From Kudoa neothunni (taxonomy: Eukaryota; Animalia; Cnidaria): DNA of 64,000 bases. The notes beneath the pieces were generated by a model. It worked only from the letters and a program-made list of their open reading frames with translations. It had not been told where the DNA came from and ran no database searches. Both the position numbers and the translations under genes were made by a program. How positions within the stretch are numbered: the first letter of the stretch is position 1; the number at the start of each line of letters is the position of its first letter. Below are positions 1 to 11,833 of this stretch, in pieces. The stretch spans positions 11,190,847 to 11,254,846 of the forward strand of contig OZ199839.1 of assembly GCA_964304625.1 (NCBI GenBank). The letters run 5' to 3'.

Positions 1-1412
1 GGTTCCACTTGAAACCCATTGATACAATCTATTCGTTGGCTGACATCCAGTAAATTGTTTTCACCTCAACATTTCCAAATCTTATATTTATTCGATACTT
101 AACATGTTATCTCAAGGAATCGTTCACCCAAGTCGTCGGCGATACTTAAATCGAAACAACTTGCCTATCTCATGGCTGGTCTGGGCTTCAAATATCAAAG
201 TGAAGCTTTTCCTGATTTTTCCATCGAAAAAAGATCCTAGTTACTCTGTGCTATCAGCAGCTAACTTGAATCAACTATCCTTCCGTTAGATGTTAGCTAT
301 TCGTCCTACGAATTTAGAATACAATACCAGTGTTTTGTTTTGTTAATGATTATCTAAATTGTGCTAATTTCTCTCTCAACCCACTTTGTGCGCACTGTCT
401 ATTTTATTCTAGCCAAAAATCAATGTAGTGTAAATAATAGTAGTTACATTACTTAACTATTAAATTTTTAAGTTTTGATCGAAAATAAAGCACTAGAGAA
501 TTGGGTGTTTCTACGAGATTCGTTTTTAATGTTTTATTTCCAATTATTTTGGTTCCATTAACTATTTTAGACAGTTAGTTGTTGTCTGTGTACCTTGTTT
601 TTAGTGAAGATTAGTTAAGGATCACACGGTTAAAAGGTTTTGTAAACTTTAACCTTTGCCACCTTAAGACTGAATTTTAATAAAATCTGATTTGTTTCGG
701 AAAAATGTTTGAAATGTGCTGCCATTCGAAATAAAATAATTGTTTCAGTAGATTTTTTTGTTGATTTAAAAATTAAGCTCAACCATATCTTTCTTGTCAT
801 ACGTTTTATCGAAAATTGATTACAACTGATATTTTAATTGTATTTATTTGTCACAAATTTTAAGGAAAATTACTTCCAGTAAGTGGCTAGTTGATTACAA
901 GAAATTAGAATGATACTTAATGTAGGTTTTAAGCTCTTTTCAAGGAAGTGGGATTAAAAAATTATTTATAAGTATTTTCTTCAAAAATAACAACATTTTA
1001 CAATGTAATTCACTACATAAAAAGGATGCGTAGATTAGCCCTTAATTTATAGATCACATATAAAGTAAAGTTTTCTATTTTCCTTATACATTATTTTGGG
1101 GCCAATATTACTATGTTTGGAGGAAAAATAATTGACTACATGTTAATGCCACCATAAACGCTCATTTTATAAACTACTGAAACACGTGACTATGCATATG
1201 GATTAAAGTATATCTAGAACTTAACACTACATTCAAATATTTTGTAAGGGGAAAAATCTTGGAGGTAATATTTATTCGCGTTCGAAAGACCATTGTTTGT
1301 TCCAGATTGCGTGTTCTAATGAATTATATTCTTGTTGAAATTCGTTTCTTTGCTGAAATTAATAATTTAATTACTAAAAATTTTGAATGTTTTTCGGAAT
1401 ATATTTATTTAA

Positions 1413-2555
1413 TCTATTATATAAAGCAAACCGGAAATCCGTGTGTGTACGCATTTTTCATTCTTTATAGAGGGACATATCGCTCCATTTGAGCAAAACA
1501 TATGGGAATGGAAAGATAAAATTATATTTTAACACAGAAAAATATGTAAAAAATTAAAAAAGATTTTCATTCTACAAAGTGACTAAAACATTCTCATTTG
1601 GTATGATTGGTGTGTGAGTTGAGGATTTATGCAAACATATAACATATAGATCATTTCGTTAAAGTTTTAAAAATTAATTTTAAACGTACCATAGTTTTTA
1701 CTTTACTTTAAAATTATTGAAAAGTAATTTACTAATTGAAATAATTCTAATAAGGAAGGTAATATTAGGTTATGTAGCCAAGCATTAATACGAAATTCAT
1801 TTGTTGATGTTTAACAAGATTAGTCATATTCATATGGTATGATTTGGGGATTACTGCGAACAACAAGGAGAAAATCGATAGTTTAGAAGCTCTAAATAGG
1901 AAATTCAAACGCTCAGTAGTATTTATTCGTTTTTTAAAAATATTAATAAAGTTCACTCGTCCAATTAGTTTGTTGAGTCATGGGAACTTCGACTTTCTGC
2001 GTGAGAAAAGTTAAACTAGTTTCCCATTCAAATGTTCCGTGGTGAGAAATAAGAGTACAAGTCGGGAAATATATGGTTGGCGGCAATTTCGATTTCTACG
2101 GCTGACAAGTTGGTCCTATGACCCGTTTTCCCTCCAAAGATAACCAACAACAGTTTCCTCCACAATTTGGTACATGGGAATACGGCGAATATGGACCACA
2201 GCAATGAACGATGACGAAATACTACTTTCCCACGGAACCCTCGCTGCACTAGTCATTTTTTCCTCACCGCATCGAATTCTGGAACTGGCGCTCCTCGCTG
2301 TATTTAAGCCATATAATTTTTCCCACCTTTTCAATTCTCTCTTGTGTTCTTACTTGGATCTCTTTTTTCTTTTGCGCACCTTACTGGATCTAACATAGTT
2401 AAATAGATCATCCGTTAATTGGGTAATCTTTGTACTATTTATCTAAATACTCTTAATTTACTTTAAACTTCAAATGACCTTGGACTGACTACTCAAGGCC
2501 TTAGTCTACTTGGCCGGGCAAGGAAGCCCATGCGAAGTGGGGCTTCCTTCGCTAG
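1413..2555 (+). mobile_element. Non-autonomous Helitron-like element
   Basis: 5' end A|TCTATTATATAAAG...GTGTGTGT at 1413. 3' end has a 10-bp stem AAGGAAGCCC/GGGCTTCCTT followed by CTAG|T at 2552-2556. The TC...hairpin-CTAG structure in an AT target without TSD matches Helitron termini. Confidence 0.6.
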
Positions 2556-2649
2556 TTTAACATGCCGGGTTTTTCTTATAAAAACGCGCAAGAATACTTA
2601 AAAAACTCATAGTTTTATTAAATATTATATATATTTTAATATATATTTG

Positions 2650-3609
2650 TTCTTAATCTCTTGACAACATCCTCCAACATATGACATGAAGCCCAAAACG
2701 TTTTCGCAGTGTGAAAATAATTCTTCATGTTTGAATTCAGTGACAGCTTGCGCGGAGATTCCCATTCTATGTAGTAAATCAGAGTTTCCACGAATTTGGA
2801 CCATCTCTTCTCACATTTCCTTTAATTTGTGAGAAAACCTCTTCACATGGGTTTAAAAATGGAGAGTACCGTGGGAGATATCTAACCTCATAAGGATAAT
2901 CATCATAAAACTCCACGTTTGAGTGGTGGAATCTTACATTGTCCATTACAATAATGTAATCCCCTGATCCTAATAATTTCTTTGATTTTACGTAAAAATT
3001 CTTGAAAAACGGAACAGTTTACTCCATTGGTCATCACTTTGCAATGCACTCACCGCAAGAATCATCGTGACATCAGGTCCTCTGCTATTTACTACAACGG
3101 GATTCGGTGTAGTTCCAACAGAGAGAACGTCCGTGAGAACGAAGCATGTGGAGGGAAAATGGGGTTTTCGTCAATGAAGATTAATTGTTCATACCTTACA
3201 TTAATTGGAAGGTTTGTATACCATGTTGCGTATTCTTTTCTCTCTTGCTTCACTTCCATACAATTCCTGCTCTGAGGTATCCGCCGTGTCATTTTGAACG
3301 ATATCTTAAATGACTTAAGCCATCTCCAAACGGTTGTTTGGCTAACATCTACGTTGACTTTATCTATCATTGATGATAGCGTAGTGGTGCAATCATCATT
3401 TATTAATTCCAGAAGTCGACGTTTAATATCCTCAGTTAGTTTAATCCTTTTTCCATCAATTCTGTTTTTCTGTATTTTTTGATCATGTCGTTGAGAGTAG
3501 ACCTTGGAATTTTTAGATCGTGAGCCACCTGTTTTTGGGATTTCCCTCCATTAACCACAAGATCAATGGCGATTTCTCTAATTTCGTTGCTGTGCTGACT
3601 ACTTGACAT
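2650..3609 (-). pseudogene. Tc1/mariner-IS630 DDE transposase, degenerate
   Basis: Minus-strand translation gives an HTH start MSSSQHSNEIREIAIDLVVNGGKSQKQVAHDLKIPRSTL, then VSQTTVWRWLK, LIFIDE, IVMDNVRFH and YLPRYSPFLNPCEEVF, broken by frameshifts. Confidence 0.85.
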
Positions 3610-3989
3610 ATTCTTTTAACAAGACTTAATTTAGGCACAATCCGGTTTTGGAGGTAAGACCCGGTATACAAATTGCATTTTCTTCGTAAAACCTTTTAAA
3701 TATATACAGCTCACCAATAATGGGCTGTTTTATATTGATTAAAAAATCATAAAAAGAAACTAGTTGTATAAAAGTTGTTTTAATGATCAAATAGAGATGA
3801 AAACAAGAGAAAACAAAAATGCGCACAAGCTCGCGTCGATTTAGCCCCAATGGCAGACGTCATAATTAAGTTAATGATTTTTGAGTTCTTTCTGTTCATT
3901 CAATATTTAAAAATAGTGTGAAACAAGTTTTGAGTAAAATAGGGAATGTAGAGCATATGGAAAAGGTGGAATTTGGTGAGGTGTATACT

Positions 3990-4680
3990 CCCCCATTATC
4001 CATATTATTTATGTTGAAAAATTTCTCAAACAAACTTTAAAAGATAGATATGTTTTCAAGCGTTGATGGGTATTTGTCACCTTTTTAGTCATGGTTAGAT
4101 ATTAAATCACGTGCAACACTTCAGTTCTGTAAAATATGACTGAGGACGGGTGTAAAAAGTGGTATTCTTTTAAGGATAAACGGGGCATCATCAATTTTTT
4201 TGAACAGCAACCACCTAGAAACGACAAAAGCCAAATTGCGAAGCATTTTAACCCTCATGGGTCGAAGGGTGTGCATTATGCGACCTAATTTTTGTATTTT
4301 TAAAAATTTCCTCTTTTAATCATTAAATATCTATCTTATATTCGGTGAAATCTTTCAATATAATTCATTGTTTTATTTGAAAAATTCAAAGTAATCAATT
4401 TGGAAGAAATTGACTTAATATAACTTTTTAAAACAGAAGCGGAAACTGTAGTCATCCGCAGTATTGTTCCTTGGAGAAAGCTCCATTTGACCTCCACAGA
4501 AGCAAACTGTTGATGTTGGTAGCAAGTCAAGTTGCTGGAAAAAAATAATTAAATCTTCAGGATGATCCTTGAAATGACACAAGTCTTCAAAATTTAGGTT
4601 ATCTAAATTTTCGTAAGTGAAAATTGCAGGAAGCAAGCATAATCCGGAAAACGCGAACAACTGGAAACCTGATTATTACC
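3990..4680 (-). pseudogene. Merlin/IS1595 (ISXO2-like) transposase remnant
   Basis: ORF 4415-4660 has LIIFFQQLDLLPTSTVCFCGGQMEL...DDYSFRFC, the typical Merlin N-terminal Zn-ribbon. Downstream sequence is decayed with multiple stops. Confidence 0.6.
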
Positions 4681-4878
4681 GATGATAGGCAACAGGCGAG
4701 CGCCGAGGGAGAGGAACTGAACTTTAACCTCTAGTCAATATAATTATAAAATTTAATATTTAAGAATATTAGAATTGTATATTTTACATGGAACATAGAT
4801 TAAATCTTGCTATTTTATGGTCTCGGCTGTCATCGTAGACAATCGACTCACCTGAAAACTTGCACCTTAAACAGAACA

Positions 4879-7656
4879 ATGGTCACTTCACATCGTCCTG
4901 GTAAGTTAAAACAGAAAAACAAACAACACAAAACCGGAAAACATCGCAGCAAAGGTCAGATTGCGCTAAAAAACAAAGGTAATTATCTGAGACCCTTATT
5001 CAAAATTTCGACCCTATTTTTGTCCACCTATCTATATACCGTGTCAATATAGGAAAAGTACCAAATGCGGTGGGGAAAAAATCCAAATCGGTTGTTCTTC
5101 ACAAATCTGCCCGAAAAACTCAGAAAAAGAATCAAAAACAAATCAAACAAAATCGTCTCAAAAATATCAAAATGATGTTGGGACAGGGTGTATGCCCAAA
5201 ACTTATTGTAACTTTTATTTTAAATGATAAATTATTGATTGTTAATGTGTGTGGTTGGTAGACATTTTTATCCTTTGATAATTCCGTCTCGATGGAAACA
5301 ATTCTAAATGAAATATTACAATGCAATCCTGATGGAACGATAGAACATCATCCAATCAACCAAAACATTAAATTATTGTAAAAAATTTCATATTGATTTA
5401 AGTGGAAAGTCCAATCAATTTTTAGGAAATTATCTACCACCAACTCACAAACCAATATAAATCGCCACCCAGATGTTATTATATATCTGAATTTTGTTCC
5501 CCATCAAACCTGTATAAATATAGCCACATCTATGGAAATATCAGATAGTGTGGTGGTGTGTTCGACAGTGTCAGATCGTTTCGTCGTGGATCACCAGCAG
5601 GTGTCCACATTGATTGATATTATTCAAACTCAGACCGACAATATGAAATGCCAACTGATACATTATTGTCGTTCCAACAATCTAATTGAACCTCATACAT
5701 CGAGGAAATATTTGTCCGCCTACAGTACACTTGTAAATGGACGACCCCTGATGACTTCAAAATCTGTTGAGGAACACACTAATATTTTCTCTGTAATCTT
5801 ATTTTATTGCAGTTAGTGTATTATTGAAATAAAGGATTTGGGAACTTTGTTGAACGAGATTATACATTCCAAAAATTCCGCGAAACTTGAAAAAATCTAT
5901 TCCAACATCAAAACTCCACAATTACACTTGAGGCCGTATTTGATGGTTGATAGAGTGGTTAAGATTGATCAGCCAAATCTTAATGACGATTCACAGAATA
6001 TATCTATTTTTGGAGTTGTGCTGGGCAATCACATCAATTCCACCAATAAATACGTTCATTTCTCAGGGTTGGGAGATTTCCCGTTAGATTCTATTCGAGT
6101 CGCATTAAATAGCGATCTCTCACCTTATACAAATAATAACGATAGTTTGGATGTTGACAATGGTTATCACTTTGATCATGCTCCAGAGGATGAAGATGAT
6201 CAACACAACGATAGGATGGAAATAATAATGGATAATGATGACACTGATTATTCCGTGGTTACCGATAATAAATTGGATGACAACGATAGTTGTTCCTACG
6301 GTGAGATTAGCGTTGGCAATAATCGCGACAGTATGGATATTTCTGAGAGATACAGCGAAGGAAGCTACGAGGAAGACTCAGATATTTATCCCAATCATGT
6401 GAGATACGTCGACGGAGAACCATGCGTCTACGTTCCACTCAGGGAACAACTAAGAGGGTATTAGGTCTATCACAGGTTCGTAGCATCACAATTTTGCTAT
6501 AGTTATCGTGGTTTGGATAGTATTAAAAATAGCTATTGGGATCCTGAATTAGATTTACCACCAGAATACTCAAAGTTATCTTTTATTGTTCGAAAATGAA
6601 TAATTGATGCATAGAATTTGCAAATTCACCAATTTTACTGCAACCAAAAAGAGATCTGTGTTAGATGAAAATATAGTTGCAAAATCGGGTGACTATGTTT
6701 GTATCACATTGAAGGCAGTTCCAAATAAACTATTCGGTATGTTTGATTGTCCGATTTAAACAAATTATAAAGTTATAACAATAAATTTAATTTATAGAGG
6801 CTCTTACAAACTCAAATAATGCACCTTTGGTTGGACATTTCCTTTTTGAACACGAGAATAAGGTGGCTTAATATAAATATTTTTGGTGCCGACTTCTAAA
6901 CACGAATAGATATCATTAAATCATTACAAAATTAATCGGGTCAAATCATATCCCCACCCTATTGAGATGAATCAAAAGTTGTTGATTCAAGTTGATTATA
7001 AACATTTCCTAAGTGGCGGTTATCTCCTGTCAGAATATTCCAGTCAACATGATAAATGGAATGTATTATGATTGGAGCTCGGAATTTTATTGATTAGGAT
7101 TTTAGAACGTTGAACGCATTGAAAATGACTCTAATTATGTTTTTATCGTTGTACGGACCGATAGTGTATCCTCCAAGTAGAGTGAGAATATTTTTAATCG
7201 ACCCCCAAACCAACAATCCCACTCTAATTGCTACAGGATCTGTAATGAAACCTGACCCTGATAGAGTCATTCTACATCGCAAAGACATCAATGGTCACAT
7301 CCATAAAAATTATCGTCGATATGTGATTATCAAAGACATGTTTGATAATATGGGTATTTTTTATGTGTTTCTTTTTTTCGAATTTATGCTCATATACTCC
7401 AGATGATGTCAACTACTACAAACCTGTTGCTATTCGCACAAAATCTGGACGTATTGGCCACATTATGGAATCGGTTGGTACACATGGCTCTATGAAATGT
7501 AATTTGTGTTTGGTGTTTTTATTTAGTCTAATGTTGTGATTACTTTTTATAGGTAAGTTCGATGGACATCAACGTCAACAAGAAAACGTCACTATGTCTT
7601 TATACAAAAGAGTTTTCCCAAGATGGGAATTTCAAACTGTGTTAGAAAACTTGTGA
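4879..7656 (+). CDS. TSR1: Pre-rRNA processing protein TSR1 (multi-exon, short introns)
   Basis: N-terminus [26 protein letters not shown]; RPYLMVD; VHFSGLGDF; [20 protein letters not shown]; [19 protein letters not shown]; [29 protein letters not shown]; [10 protein letters not shown]. Stop at 7654-7656. Confidence 0.95.
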
Positions 7657-8228
7657 TTAATTCTATAGCTTGTGTGTAGTTTTCATTTATTGTATTGTCT
7701 TTCTATGATTATTATATTTTAAAATATTTCCTTTATGAATATATGCTTGTGCTCAATTCGCAATTTTTAGCGTCACAATGAGCATTCTGCTTTCTAAATT
7801 GAAATGTGGCTAAGGCATCATCTTTGATAACTTACTAAACTCGGATAGTAGATTAAGTATTTTTCCAACTGAGTAATTTTGGAAGTATTGGTTGATATCT
7901 AGTTTTTAATTTCAATTGTTTTAGACGTTTGTTGTATTCTAATGAGATTAGGCCAAAATGTTTAGTCATTCAAAAAAAGTTTCATTTCTCTAAAATTTAC
8001 TGATTTTACTTAATAAGCGAACCTAACTGATTGTATTATCGGTCAGTAAAATATTGATTTTCTCAAATAATGTTTTGATATCTGTAACATGGATAACTAA
8101 TTAATTTAGTACAGTAAAACAAATATTTGGCGCGAGATTGATATTTTTTATTCATGAACACATCAAACCATAAATATTATATTTTATCAGATAATTTAAT
8201 TGTTGGCTTGCCATATTTTTATAAGATA

Positions 8229-8266
8229 CTAGCGCGAACTGCCCAGCGTTAATTGGGGGGGGGGGG
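8229..8266 (-). mobile_element. Helitron-like 3' terminus
   Basis: Reverse complement reads CCCCAATTAACGCTGGGCAGTTCGCGCTAG|T, an imperfect hairpin plus CTAG with a similar ending to the elements ending at 2555 and 20798. The 5' end was not located. Confidence 0.45.
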
Positions 8267-10366
8267 AATTTTACATAGAGATGTTTCTTTATAACATTCA
8301 AAAAAATATTACGTTTCAAATTAATTTATTGAAGCATAATACTTTGTCGATAATGAATTCGAAATTTAAATCATGATCATTTCTGTGCAGCAGTGTATCA
8401 ATCCTGGCTTTTAATTAACAATTTCTTGTCTCTGCACCAACTCCAAATAATTTAAGATCATTGTCATATTTATTTTTGTTCCCGAATTATTTAGCTCTCT
8501 TAAAGTGCAATCTAATACGTTATTTTTTGGGAAGGAGGATTTTTAAAGTCGAATTCTGGACCGACTAGGAAAAGATGTGCACCACTAACTTTTTAAGGTA
8601 TACAAAAATAGAAAAAGTAATAGAGATGAAGAAAACACAAGAAAATTAGTTTTGATTGCTCAAATTAATATTCTTTGGCCTCGCAAAAACTTTAATGCGC
8701 TTTTTTCCAACAAACATTGAATTATTTTGTTTGTCTTTTAGTTATTAACTCAAAAGTTATTTATTATTACTATTTAGATTTTCTACTATCGATATATAAC
8801 AAGTTTATATAAACTAATTTTAAAAATAAACTTTTTGCAAATTTCACAAAAACATCTCATTTTTTACTATAACAAAAATACTTTGTGAACTTTTAAATAT
8901 AGATATTAATGTAGTAAGATTTGTTTTATTAAATTTTATATTAGAAATTAAGAAATTATTCGGTTTTTATTATTAAAATCCAGGAACCTACTTTATAAAA
9001 ATGATTGTATTAATTTGTTTACCTATAAGTATGTGTTAAACATTTAATAAAAATATTTAAACCATATTTTTATTGTTTATAAGTTTTTTTATATACCAAC
9101 ATTTTCTAACAAACAATTCGGCCAATATATACGAATTGATATTACAAGATGTAAACACATTATGTTAACAAGGGTTATTTTTTTTATCTGTACACATATA
9201 ATTGACTAAAACTAATAATTTTATAGAAATAGCAATTTTATCTTTTATAAGTTTTTTTATAACTACATTTTTACGTTTATCGAATGCTAGCTATACTACG
9301 CACACATAAGAATTATTCCCAAAAAGTAATAACTTCCTATAATCTGCCTTAAGTTATTCCCCTATTGAAATTAACCATTGATATAAAATATAATGTTGAT
9401 TAATTATTAAAAAACTAAGAAAATATATTTAGAGAGCATGTGGTTGTCTTCTCGCTTTTAAATTATTCATGCTTAAAATCTGTATAATTAAATTTTGTAT
9501 GGTAAAAACTATGAAAGAGAACCACTTTATGAATGATTATCAAAACAAATTAAAGATCAATTCAATGCTTGTTGAAAAAAGATGGAAAATACACGAGTAT
9601 CCGACCTGCGGGATCGTATGATAAATTCTCAAAATTTTAAAGTTATTATATTGAGCTGAATTTTCGCTCTCCATATTCTTTTATTTTATCCCAAAGAATC
9701 ATGAAAAAAGAAATGCGAAAAAGGACGTTTTTTAGGCTTCGCATTCTTTACCATTACCCCATATTTTATTGACAAACCTAATGAATATTGCAAAACTAAT
9801 ATTTTTTTGTATTATTCAGTGGTGAAATGTGTAAAGATTTATAAAAATGTAAGAATAGTTTGGAAGAGCCAATCCAAAGATATCTTGATACATTTTAATG
9901 TAATTTGACACACTATTCTTCATTATATACTGGGTTTAAAAAAAGAAATATTATTGGTATCAATTTTTAATATCGTTACCTTTTGGCTAATATCAAGTAC
10001 TACTCCAAAGTTGGTGTCGGGGCAACGCTAATATTTTATAATAAAATAAATATAACAATTCACATTATTGATTTAACTTGTATTATTTTGGTTTTAATGA
10101 TCAATAATTTTTTCTATTTTTAAAACACAGCCCTTACCACAGATAATAATCATTAAAATATTATATAATTATTAAAAATATTTTAGATTTTTTTATTTTT
10201 AAATATAAAAATACAAGTAAAAATCTATTTTTAACGTAAAGTTAATGTTTAAAAATTCGAATATTTTTACGTTAATAATTTTATAGTTGGTTAAAAGGAT
10301 TATAGCATAAATTTTTAAATATCGGCTGAAATCGCAACCGCTCGACTGATTGCTTGAGGAGAGCAT

Positions 10367-11441
10367 ATGTTGCCATTCAACCATATCAAAGTATAAAATG
10401 CCTTCGAAACGAATTTAATGTATTCTCTGTAGAACGTAAGAAAAATTATAGGATTTAGTTGCGTTTCAAATTATAGCGCGGCTGTATCGACTTCATTGAC
10501 CAAAAATCCATCCAAACAAAAATCAAAAGATAGCACCGAATATCGATATGTGGATCGATTGGAGAAGTTTCCTGGGAACCAGTCGGTTAATTGTCGACAT
10601 ATTCGATCCAGAAATCATAGTGATATATATGTGTTGAGTCCGAAAAACGCATTGTTAGCGAAATCGGACGATGTATTGAAAAGTTTGGATGCGATAAGAC
10701 CGGACGGATTAATTATAGGATGTGATTTGAAACGATTCAAAATGTTTTATAATGCTTCCAAGAAAACCTCATCCCCAACCAAACCCTCTGAATATGTCAC
10801 TGATTTTTTAACAGTATAGCCATTATTGTGTGGAATCTCTGTAGTGACTTAATTTTAGTTTGGGATCGCGCATTCATGGCTGCATTTTGTGTTTGATTTG
10901 ACCTATCAAGGTCAACCGAATCTTACACTCAAATCAAATATCGGTCAACTTCACGTTACCGCTATCGATTACGTTAATAATAATACTCACAATCCCAATA
11001 TTGTCGTTCGCTATGGAGATATGCAATATCGGCACGTGTTGAACAATTTATTTTTTATGAATATACGTAATGTAACCACAGCGTTTCAATATTACATTGG
11101 TCAAGTGCCCCCACGAATGTATACGAACATCCATCGATATTGGTTTAATTGTTATCTTATTAATTTTAAGCGGAGAAATAATTAAACGGGATGAGAGATT
11201 TTTTCGTCTATTCATGAAACACAGATCTGATTCATTGGTACATTCATGTAGAAAATTAAGCACTCATTTGAAATTTTGTATGATAATTAATGTTAATACG
11301 TTTTTCAATTATTGGATCTAATTAGCACCCGATCACAATACCAACAACCCCAAAATTGTGATTCTTTGTGAAGAATGGGAATCGCAGTATATTTGTTCGG
11401 AATGGAAAAGTTTTTTCGAAGGCGAATACAATGTCGAGTAA
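10367..11441 (+). CDS. Divergent TraB/PrgY-domain (TRABD-like) protein, about 5 exons
   Basis: Spliced model (intron 10391-10432 and three more) gives MLPFNHIKNVRKIIGFSC...DIYVLSPKNALLAKSDDVLKSLDAIRPDGLIIGCDLKR...VVRYGD...EIIKRDERFFRLFMKHRSDSLVHSCRK...KIVILCEEWESQYICSEW. By recall this is collinear with the TraB motifs VYLVGTAH, V..TI..VQPD.V.VELC, LGDR, ERD and VVGVVGMGH..GI...W. Confidence 0.5.
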
Positions 11442-11833
11442 TTAAATGTTTTTGTTCGCTATTGTTAACCTTGGATTATCGAAATCTAGCGAACTCACAT
11501 GGGTACCACGATTTATGATGACCCTTAAAAGTTTGGTTGGCTTCTATTTACTATTTTTGTTTGTGGAGCTAATGAAATCTGTGTTCCATTCAATATTCTA
11601 ATATTGACTTGGATTTAACAATTTGTACTTACAATCCTTTTCGATATGAATTATTTTTTTGATGAAATATATTTGCGCATTTTATCTTGTCTTGCGGAAA
11701 AATACTCATTTTAAGTCTATAATTTAGTTTAATATTAGTTTCTTGAAGTAATTAAAATTGAGGAGAAATTTCATGTCCACTGCGTAGATTTAACAGAGAA
11801 TAAATGGACTCGGCGTTGTATGTGTAGGAGTTA

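Noticed and set aside
1-350. Coding-like composition at the window start, possibly the edge of a minus-strand gene
   Set aside because: No recognisable motif or consistent splice model within the visible fragment.
2028-2398. Three overlapping short ORFs
   Set aside because: No recognisable protein; they lie inside a putative Helitron-like element.
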